Assembly: GCA_031265495.1 (NCBI GenBank)
Contig: JAISCP010000083.1
Location: 1 to 51,733, forward strand
Source of the DNA: Heliobacteriaceae bacterium
Lineage (GTDB): Bacteria; Cyanobacteriota; Vampirovibrionia; Gastranaerophilales; Gastranaerophilaceae
DNA length: 51,733 nucleotides
Reading direction: 5' to 3'
Shown here: positions 20,598 to 27,500 of the stretch, one piece after another
How the letters are laid out: the number at the start of each line of letters is the position of its first letter
How positions within the stretch are numbered: position 1 is the stretch's first letter
Made by a program: the position numbers and the translations under genes
The notes under the pieces: model-generated
What the model saw: only the letters and a program-made list of their open reading frames with translations
The model's database searches: none
Told to the model about the DNA's origin: nothing

Positions 20598-21035
20598 AAA
20601 TATCTCCGCAGTTTATGCGGTTATTATACCACATTATCTCCGCAAATTCCATACAAAAATAAATTCTAACGTTAAATGAGGCAGCAAAGTTTTGGGATGT
20701 TACAGTTAGTATGAAAAGAAATCGTAAAAATACCTGCTTGAGCTCATTTTTCATTAAATTAAGTACGCCAAACAAATGGCTTACAGGTAATAAGGTAAAA
20801 TTTAAAGCTGCTAACAATCATGACGAATTTTGTGATTTTTGGGCAAGACCAACACCGGCATCCGTCAGAAGGAAACTACCGGGTGTTGAGCCATTAAGTG
20901 ATTGTTTATTAGTTGACGGAGCAATTATTATCCCCGCAAAAAGTTTGTATAGCCTCTCACTGACTTATAAAATGGTGGTGGATCTAGTCCTGGCAGCACA
21001 ATTCTCTTTTGATTCCCCTGACACCGATTTGGTTT

Positions 21036-21626
21036 TCAATAACGATTAATCAATCCTGCAACATCGACACCTTTTTTGAGCAAATCTTCATCAACTCCTA
21101 ACCGGATCATGTTTTTTGGAAAAAAGCTACTCTCCATTTTTTTTAAAACTCCGGCTTTTTTTAGCAATTCGTTTTTGTATTTTGTCTGTATAGTAAATAT
21201 CCTTCCTGAATAAGAAGCAACCCTGCTATATAAGAAATACTTTAAAGGAGCCGTTATTGCATAGAAAATAGCTGCTTTTTTAGTAATCTTGTTGAGATTT
21301 TCGGATTTAATTAATTCAATATTATCCCAAAAAATCAGTTGTTTAAGTTCATTGTCATAAAAACCTTTATCAGAAAGAATTAATTTATATGGTTTTATAA
21401 ACTTAAAAATCAATTTGATTATTCCACCTGCTACTGGAATAGAAGCAATGGAAAAAAGAGTGATTATAAAATAATATGCAAAAACGCTTGTCTGAGGGGC
21501 ATAAAAATCATCCTTAGAAGACAATAATGAGAATAATAGAGCATTTATTATCAGTCCAATAGCCAATAAAGCAAATATTCCTGTAAAAATATTTAGACGA
21601 TCTTCTTCAATAATAACTTCTTTCAC
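21036..21626 (-). CDS. Hypothetical membrane protein (2 N-terminal TM helices plus a soluble C-terminal domain)
   Basis: 196-aa ORF with hydrophobic segments FTGIFALLAIGLIINALLFSLL and VFAYYFIITLFSIASIPVAGGII. Confidence 0.55.
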   Translation of the reverse strand: MKEVIIEEDRLNIFTGIFALLAIGLIINALLFSLLSSKDDFYAPQTSVFAYYFIITLFSIASIPVAGGIIKLIFKFIKPYKLILSDKGFYDNELKQLIFWDNIELIKSENLNKITKKAAIFYAITAPLKYFLYSRVASYSGRIFTIQTKYKNELLKKAGVLKKMESSFFPKNMIRLGVDEDLLKKGVDVAGLINRY

Positions 21627-21740
21627 AACATTAACTCCGTAAATTTTATCTATATTTACTCACAAAATTATATCACAGATAAGCCCGGTAATTTGGATGC
21701 CAAATTCGCAAACTGAGAATTTGGCGTCTTTTTCTCTTTA

Positions 21741-21778
21741 AAAAACACTAAAAACCAAACTGAGAAATTCTCAGTTTG
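21741..21778 (-). terminator. Probable rho-independent terminator of ssrA
   Basis: AAACTGAGA-aat-TCTCAGTTT palindrome, followed on the minus strand by a T-rich run (ggTTTTTagtgTTTTTT). Confidence 0.6.
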
Positions 21779-21860
21779 AAATCAAAGCCGGAAAGCCCGT
21801 CCACAGCGGCACTTCTCTATGTAAAAAATTGGGATACCCCAAAATCTACTGAATAAATAA

Positions 21861-22261
21861 TGGAGACGGCGGGAGTCGAACCCGCGTCCAAAATGGATTA
21901 AAACATGCTTCTACGAGTGTAGATATTATTATCTCGATTAAACCCGGAAAATATCACTACCGTTGGTTTAACCAAAGTATTTTTTTCGGAAATACAAAAC
22001 CTTTAAGGGTTAACTTGATACGCATACCCTCATCAGCGCACTGCAGCTTGCATAATTGCCATGTACACCGGCAAGCAGGGCGTACACAGCGGCCGGCTGC
22101 CTAAACAGCCATTGGCACTGGGGCAGTACCCCAGAGCGCAACTTTAGGCTCTACGATGTTGTTTTCAGCATCTAATTTGTTTGCTCGTTGATAACCGTGA
22201 ACAGCTCACGGACTCGCAGCCTGTTTTCACCGAACATTCTGTCAAAAGCCAAAACGTCCCC
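21861..22261 (-). ncRNA. ssrA: tmRNA (SsrA)
   Basis: 5' GGGGACG pairs with 3' CGTCTCC plus discriminator A, including a G3:U wobble. T-arm GGGTTCGACTCCC. Internal tag ORF has its stop in a hairpin loop (GGCTG-tttagg-CAGCC). CCA is not encoded. Confidence 0.85.
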
Positions 22262-22391
22262 ATATATTCTTGTCAAAGTCCTATATTCTTATTATAACGC
22301 AAAATTAAGTTATTTCAAGACCTTATTTAAGCTTTATTTACCCTTGACTATCAGGCGCAATAATGATAACATAATTAAGAGGGTTTGGAAA

Positions 22392-22571
22392 ATGTCAAAA
22401 GTATTGGTTAATATTCTCGATGATTTTTTAACTGAGATTGATGAAATTGCAAATTCACAGCAGCGTACGCGCAGCGAGCTTATAAGGGAAGCTTTACGTT
22501 TTTATATTCGCCGGGTGCAAAAAACGCAAAAGGCTCTTGATAATGCAGATACTTTGAAAGGAATGTTATAA
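22392..22571 (+). CDS. Ribbon-helix-helix (CopG-like) protein
   Basis: 59 aa with SQQRTRSELIREALRFYI. The track ORF 22188-22571 overlaps ssrA, so the internal ATG at 22392 was chosen. Confidence 0.6.
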   Translation: MSKVLVNILDDFLTEIDEIANSQQRTRSELIREALRFYIRRVQKTQKALDNADTLKGML

Positions 22572-22759
22572 TGATTGTGAGAATTTTACTGATACTGCTT
22601 GCTGTACTGGTTGCTGTTCATCTGGTTATTTTGTCATTAAGCCAGATTCTGGGAACAGATATATACAAGGAACATGGCAAAACTTTATTAAAATATTTTG
22701 CAATTTTTGTTTTATTTGTTATGGCTTTGTTCTTTACGTTTATGATTTATAATAAATAG
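22571..22759 (+). CDS. Small membrane protein (62 aa, 2 TM)
   Basis: Its ATG overlaps the RHH gene stop (TAATG). Sequence is strongly hydrophobic. Confidence 0.55.
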   Translation: MIVRILLILLAVLVAVHLVILSLSQILGTDIYKEHGKTLLKYFAIFVLFVMALFFTFMIYNK

Positions 22760-22767
22760 GAGGTTAT

Positions 22768-23583
22768 ATGAAAAATTTTGAAGATTTAGGTTACACAGGC
22801 AGTAATAAACTTGTTCCGTTTACTGTGATTTTGGTTGTTCTGATAGTATTTGTTACTCTGTGCAATCCGATTGCTATCGTGGGAGCCGGAGAAAGAGGGG
22901 TTAAAGTAACTCTTGGTAAGGTTTCGTCGGAAAGTTACGCAGAAGGGGTGCATTTTGTAACCCCGTTTATTCAAAAAATGAAAAATTTTGACGTAAGAAC
23001 TCAAAAGGTTAACAGAAACACACAGGTTTATACAAAAGATATTCAGCAGGCAGGAATTGACTACGTTTTGAACTATAATATTCAGCCGGCAAATACATAC
23101 AGAGTTTACAGAGAGATTGGTACGGATTATGAACAAAAGGTTATTTCTCCGATAACAGAAGGCACTATAAAAGACGTAATCGGTAAATGGAATGCTCAGG
23201 ATTTGGTTGCGAATAGAGAAAAGGCAACAGCGGAAATTCAGGAAAAATTGGGAATACAGTTAAAATCGCACTTTTTTGATGTAACGGATTTTAACATTGT
23301 CGGCATAAATTACTCTTCTACGTTTGAACATGCGATTGAGGCAAAGGTAACTGCCGAACAGGAAGCGCTTAAAGCAAAAAATAAAACAGTGCAGATTGAA
23401 GAAGAAGCAAAACAGAAGTTAATTACGGCTCAGGCTGAGGCTCGTTCAATGTCTATAAGAGCGAACGCTTTAACTCAAAATAGAGCTCTGGTTCAATATG
23501 AGGCTGTTCAAAAATGGGACGGGAAACTGCCTCAGTATATGATGGGAAATTCAGTTCCGTTTATTAATCTTAGTAATAAATAG
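22768..23583 (+). CDS. SPFH/band-7 (prohibitin-like) protein
   Basis: N-terminal TM helix, then the GERGV...VHF..PFIQ SPFH core and an Ala/Glu-rich coiled-coil. AGGAGG lies upstream. Confidence 0.85.
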   Translation: MKNFEDLGYTGSNKLVPFTVILVVLIVFVTLCNPIAIVGAGERGVKVTLGKVSSESYAEGVHFVTPFIQKMKNFDVRTQKVNRNTQVYTKDIQQAGIDYVLNYNIQPANTYRVYREIGTDYEQKVISPITEGTIKDVIGKWNAQDLVANREKATAEIQEKLGIQLKSHFFDVTDFNIVGINYSSTFEHAIEAKVTAEQEALKAKNKTVQIEEEAKQKLITAQAEARSMSIRANALTQNRALVQYEAVQKWDGKLPQYMMGNSVPFINLSNK

Positions 23584-23596
23584 CAATCTCTATTCA

Positions 23597-24283
23597 CTAA
23601 AATATATCCACACTATCAGGGATTTGCCAGCCGCTTTGTACATATAATAATCCGCAATAAATGCCTGTGCTTGCCTTTTTGCAACTTGAAACAAGGTCTG
23701 CTGCTGTTGGCATCCCTTGTCCGTAAAAGTGTAATCCCGAATGGTTAGTATTATGACCCGTTCCTTCTTCTTGAAACGGAATTCTTGTAAATGTGAAAAG
23801 AAAACTGTCTACCCCATACTTATTCGGCCGCTTGGCTCCGTTAATATCAATGAAAAAATGCAGGTGATTATTGTCTTGTTTCAGAAACCCTACATAAGTT
23901 CCGTTATTTAGCACTCCCGTATAGTAAGTCGCAAGTGATGTGTCTTCACCAACATTACCGTTTGGAGCATATATTTTATTATCCGGCAGCCAGCAGGTAT
24001 TATCTGTTATGCCGCAGTTCCTGATTAATTGCAAGTACGGAACCAGATAGGTGTTTACAAAATCAGCTAAACTCAAACTCCAATCCCACTCGTCAAAATC
24101 GCCGTTATCTGCCTGAGAAAGCTTAACCATTTGTGTCAGGACCGCATATTCACGTTTTAACCCCGTAATTGCGTGCTGTTTTTTGTAGTCAGAAATAAGC
24201 GCCGGCATGGTCAATGATGCCACAATGCCGATAATCCCAAGAGTTATCAAAACTTCGGCAAGTGTAAAACCTTTTTGTTTCAT
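23597..24283 (-). CDS. Prepilin-type N-terminal cleavage/methylation domain protein (pilin/pseudopilin-like)
   Basis: MKQKGFTLAEVLITLGIIGIVASL. GGAGG lies 8 nt upstream of the ATG at 24283. Shares the DINGAKRPNKYGVDSF motif with the protein at 30305-31261. Confidence 0.85.
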   Translation of the reverse strand: MKQKGFTLAEVLITLGIIGIVASLTMPALISDYKKQHAITGLKREYAVLTQMVKLSQADNGDFDEWDWSLSLADFVNTYLVPYLQLIRNCGITDNTCWLPDNKIYAPNGNVGEDTSLATYYTGVLNNGTYVGFLKQDNNHLHFFIDINGAKRPNKYGVDSFLFTFTRIPFQEEGTGHNTNHSGLHFYGQGMPTAADLVSSCKKASTGIYCGLLYVQSGWQIPDSVDIF

Positions 24284-24383
24284 AATCAATACCTCCAATA
24301 TAAATCATATTTATGAGTTATAAATCATTAGAAGTAAACATAGCACATAGATATTATAATGTCAAGTACTTACAATAAATATT

Positions 24384-24599
24384 ATGGAAGATGTACTATT
24401 AAAACTTGGAAGCAAAATCCGTTACGAAAGACTTAAAAGAAAAATGTCTCAGGAGAAACTGGCAGAGCTGGCTAATCTGAATATGCGCACAATCAGTATA
24501 GTTGAAAACGGTCAAAACAGTGTTAAATTTATTACTATTTATAAAATTGCGGAAGCATTCGGACTGGAAATAAATGATTTGGTTAATTTTAAATTGTGA
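24384..24599 (+). CDS. XRE-family helix-turn-helix transcriptional regulator
   Basis: MSQEKLAELANLNMRTISIVENGQ is the typical HTH_3 motif. Confidence 0.8.
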   Translation: MEDVLLKLGSKIRYERLKRKMSQEKLAELANLNMRTISIVENGQNSVKFITIYKIAEAFGLEINDLVNFKL

Positions 24600-24760
24600 T
24601 TGGTGAATAAGTGATTAGGTGAATAGGAAATAGAGTTGAAGGGTTGAACAGTTGAAAGGTTGAATGGTTTACCCTCCCCTTGAGGGAGGGTCGAAATTCC
24701 TGCAAGGAATTTCGGGGTGGGGTATAGAGGGCTGGATGGATAGAGGTATGGCTAAATTAG
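24600..24760. repeat. Composite repeat block: stop-rich module, GTTGAANN octamer array, family-C palindrome, GATAGAGGTATGG module
   Basis: Read directly. A similar set of modules, in slightly different order, recurs at 36988-37180 and partly at 45310-45460. Confidence 0.85.
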
Positions 24761-24919
24761 TTAGGGATCTATATACATCACTAGCTGTACAGCTGGTTAA
24801 ATATATAAGTCCCCAAAACATATAGTTGATTGGCCGGAATTTGTAAAGATAAATACACATTGCTTCACAATCCGGCAAATTTGCAAATCCGCTTGTTTTA
24901 TAATGAATGTGTGGTATTT

Positions 24920-25774
24920 ATGTTAAACAGTGTGCGTGAAAATGAATATAGAAATTACTATCGGACGGATTCTGCCGGTCGAACCGCAGCGAACAGAATG
25001 TTTTCTAATACTCCTTCTTATCCTGCGGCTCCTGATACCGATAAAACTGTTTTGTCCGGCTTGCTGCTTGCACTGGTTTCTCTTACATTAAACAAAGTAT
25101 CCGGCTGGTGCGGAAATAAGCTTATGGCGGGAAAAGAATTTACAAGCGCTGAAAATTCCAAAAAGATTGCCGGCGAAATGGCAAAGAATAATAAATTAAA
25201 CGTAATTACAGACTATATTGACCACGCCAACAAAGGGAAATACGGAGCTGAACTGGCTCAGACTCTTGAGCCGGTCGCCAACGGACAAAACGCATTTTTT
25301 ATGGATAAAGCCCTCAGAAATGCAAGCGGAGAAATTAAGGGCCTTGCCGTTGCCCCTAAAAGCAAACCTTCTCTTATGCTGCACGAACTCGGGCATGCCA
25401 TAAACGCATCTAAAGGCGGACTGTTGAAATTCATGCAAAAAACGCGCGGTTTTGTAAGTTACATTCCGACTGCGCTGCTGCTTTTGAACGGAGTAAAAAA
25501 CGACCCTGATAAATCCAATTTTATCGAAAGAAACGCCGGTAAACTCGGATTTTTAGCGTTTCTGCCTACGATTTTAGAGGAAGGGCTTGCGTCAATACGC
25601 GGTGTGAACGCGGCAAAAGCAGCCGAAAAAGCCGGACAGTTAGCCGGCGGTGTAAAATTAGATGTGTTAAAGAGAAACTATTTCTTTGCATGGATGACGT
25701 ATTTGCTGAGCGGCATAGGTCTTGGAATTGCTGCAAGGCAAGCATTTTTGGAGAAGAAGCACAAAAACTCTTGA
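24920..25774 (+). CDS. Putative membrane-associated zinc metallopeptidase (HExxH)
   Basis: LMLHELGHAI motif flanked by hydrophobic helices, an architecture reminiscent of YugP-type peptidases. Start at the ATG at 24920 is tentative. Confidence 0.4.
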   Translation: MLNSVRENEYRNYYRTDSAGRTAANRMFSNTPSYPAAPDTDKTVLSGLLLALVSLTLNKVSGWCGNKLMAGKEFTSAENSKKIAGEMAKNNKLNVITDYIDHANKGKYGAELAQTLEPVANGQNAFFMDKALRNASGEIKGLAVAPKSKPSLMLHELGHAINASKGGLLKFMQKTRGFVSYIPTALLLLNGVKNDPDKSNFIERNAGKLGFLAFLPTILEEGLASIRGVNAAKAAEKAGQLAGGVKLDVLKRNYFFAWMTYLLSGIGLGIAARQAFLEKKHKNS

Positions 25775-25823
25775 CGGTTTGTTTTGTTTGTCATAGACTA
25801 ATAGCATTGAAAATTTATAATAT

Positions 25824-26135
25824 CGGGATGCAGCACTCTGCCGAGTGAAACAATCCGGCGAATTGTTTCACGAGAGGTGGCAGCGCACTTTTTCAAATGG
25901 AACATTTGAAAATTTAATAGAAAATATCGGGATGTAGCACTCTGCCGAGTGAAACAATCCGGTGAATTGTTTCACGAGAGGTGGTAGCGCACCTTTTCAA
26001 ATGGAACATTTGAAAATTTAATAGAAAATATCGGGATGTAGCACTCTGCCGAGTGAAACAATCCGGCGAATTGTTTCACGAGAGGTGGTAGCGCACTTTT
26101 TCAAATGAAACATTTGAAAATTTAATAGAAAATAT
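25824..26135. repeat. Three 104-bp tandem units, each a tRNA-Pro 5' fragment with a hairpin-element insert plus a promoter-like spacer
   Basis: Units start at 25824, 25928 and 26032, and the authentic tRNA starts one period later at 26136. A unit reads CGGGATGTAGC-[ACTCTGCCGAGTGAAACAATCCGGCGAATTGTTTCACGAGAGGTG]-GTAGCGCAC-TTTTT.... Confidence 0.9.
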
Positions 26136-26209
26136 CGGGATGTAGCGCAGCTTGGTAGCGCACCTCGCTTGGGACGAGGGGGTCGCACGTTCAAATCGTG
26201 TCATCCCGA
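26136..26209 (+). tRNA. tRNA-Pro (anticodon UGG)
   Basis: Cloverleaf by hand: acceptor CGGGATG/CATCCCG, D-arm GCGC/GCGC, anticodon loop CTTGGGA, T-arm GCACG-TTCAAAT-CGTGT, discriminator A. CCA is not encoded. Confidence 0.95.
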
Positions 26210-26273
26210 TTTATTTAATCATGGTGCGACCCGGGGTCGTAATATGAAATTCGCAAGGCAAGCCTTGCTCGGG

Positions 26274-26295
26274 TCAAATCGTGTCATCCCGACCA
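26274..26295 (+). repeat. Duplicate of the tRNA-Pro 3' end (19 nt) followed by CCA
   Basis: TCAAATCGTGTCATCCCGA is identical to 26191-26209, but here CCA follows it. Confidence 0.85.
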
Positions 26296-26393
26296 CTTGA
26301 TAAATAAAGGGTTTGGGCGGTCTGCTTGACCCTTTTGTTTTGCCTTATTTTTCAACCTCTATGTAATCACCTATGCAATTGTAAGTATGTTAC

Positions 26394-27272
26394 TTAATTG
26401 TCCTGATTTTTCGTTATTTTCTTTGGCTGTTTAGCCGCTGGCAGATGGTTATCATCTGTTACAACTTTTTTGCCGGTTTTGTTTTCAAGCTGTTTTCTTG
26501 CTTGCTTTGCGATACCGCCACCTTGTTTTGCGGCTGTTGTGTTTTCCTGCATACCGACAGCCTGCTCTGTTTCCGCAATTTGCCGTGTTGAAAGTTCAGC
26601 CAATGCCGTAAAAATAAGTTCCGCTTCGCTCATATGGTCACGTAAATTTTGGGATTTCAAGCCCTTCAAATCTTTGTGTTCTTTGACGGATAAGCCCGTC
26701 CATTCCTGATGAATAATATTTGTCAAAATGGCAAACTCCTGACCTTTTTTAATATCGTGGTCTTTCCAGTAATCAGTCAACTTATTGCGGGTTTCCTGTC
26801 CTGTCAAACGCTGTTCAATCCATTTATCTGAATATCCGAGTTGTTTGTAAGTTTCTCTTGCCCTGTCAATCGCCGCTGTCGGGTCAACCATTTCCTGCAT
26901 ACGCTCATAGCCGGTTTTTGCAAGCCAAGTCTTAAACGGCTCTGCTTTTGGCGAAGGAACGGACTGCACAAGCCGCAAAATTCCTTCTGTATCAAGGACA
27001 TCAGTTAGGCGCATTTTGCCGTCAGATGCTTTCATTTTCAACTGATTAGTATTACTAACCGGTTGGCTTTTATCCAAACCGTGACAATTTGTCACGGTTT
27101 GATTTCCTTCTTCTTTAAGCCGTTGTTTTAACTTTCGCCAATACGCCGCAGGGTCAGGACTGTCCGTTAAAATCCCGACCACATCCACTACCGAAAACCA
27201 CCATTTTTCGAGTTCTCCATCCCACACGGAGCGAACCTGTCTTCCTTCAAATAATTTAACTTCATTGCCCAT
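26394..27272 (-). CDS. BRO-N domain protein (phage antirepressor-like N-terminus)
   Basis: VRSVWDGELEKWWFSVVDVVGILTDS...KMRLTDVLDTEGILRLVQSVPSPKAEPFKTWLAKTGYERM resembles BRO-N family proteins from memory. Confidence 0.55.
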   Translation of the reverse strand: MGNEVKLFEGRQVRSVWDGELEKWWFSVVDVVGILTDSPDPAAYWRKLKQRLKEEGNQTVTNCHGLDKSQPVSNTNQLKMKASDGKMRLTDVLDTEGILRLVQSVPSPKAEPFKTWLAKTGYERMQEMVDPTAAIDRARETYKQLGYSDKWIEQRLTGQETRNKLTDYWKDHDIKKGQEFAILTNIIHQEWTGLSVKEHKDLKGLKSQNLRDHMSEAELIFTALAELSTRQIAETEQAVGMQENTTAAKQGGGIAKQARKQLENKTGKKVVTDDNHLPAAKQPKKITKNQDN

Positions 27273-27500
27273 ACTTACAACCTCTTTCCATTTTATTATA
27301 TCACAAGTTCAAAATACAATTAAACAGTATTCGAATAATCATTTAGAATTTTAATCACTTCTAAAACTCTTTGAGGAACAGCGGACGGCATATGCTGTGT
27401 TACAATTTGTATTTTTGTGGTAAGATGAGTTTGCACAAAAAATATTACGAGGCGGCTTATGCGGCCGTTAAGCACAAATAGGACAGATAGGAAATAAAAA

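Noticed and set aside
20711-21049. 112-aa plus-strand ORF between fic and the membrane protein gene.
   Set aside because: It has no RBS or recognisable motif, and its end overlaps the convergent gene. It is left uncalled.
22188-22391. The N-terminal part of the 127-aa track ORF.
   Set aside because: It overlaps the 5' part of the tmRNA gene and its promoter on the opposite strand. Only the C-terminal 59-aa RHH ORF, with its own ATG, is plausible.
25833-25850. A CIRCE-like half-site pair, TAGCACTC..GAGTG, inside the tRNA-fragment units.
   Set aside because: The arms are separated by 4 nt, not 9, and the flanks do not match TTAGCACTC-N9-GAGTGCTAA. The site is unrelated to the groESL promoter.
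25824-26135. Regularly spaced repeats that might be taken for a CRISPR array.
   Set aside because: The whole 104-bp unit is repeated, so the would-be spacers are identical to each other. The repeats are tRNA-derived and no cas genes are present.
17373-27300. Calling a prophage or ICE on the basis of the tRNA and tmRNA flanks, the BRO-N gene and Fic.
   Set aside because: No integrase, recombinase, transposase, capsid or terminase, or conjugation genes are visible. Only remnants or an island-like composition can be claimed.
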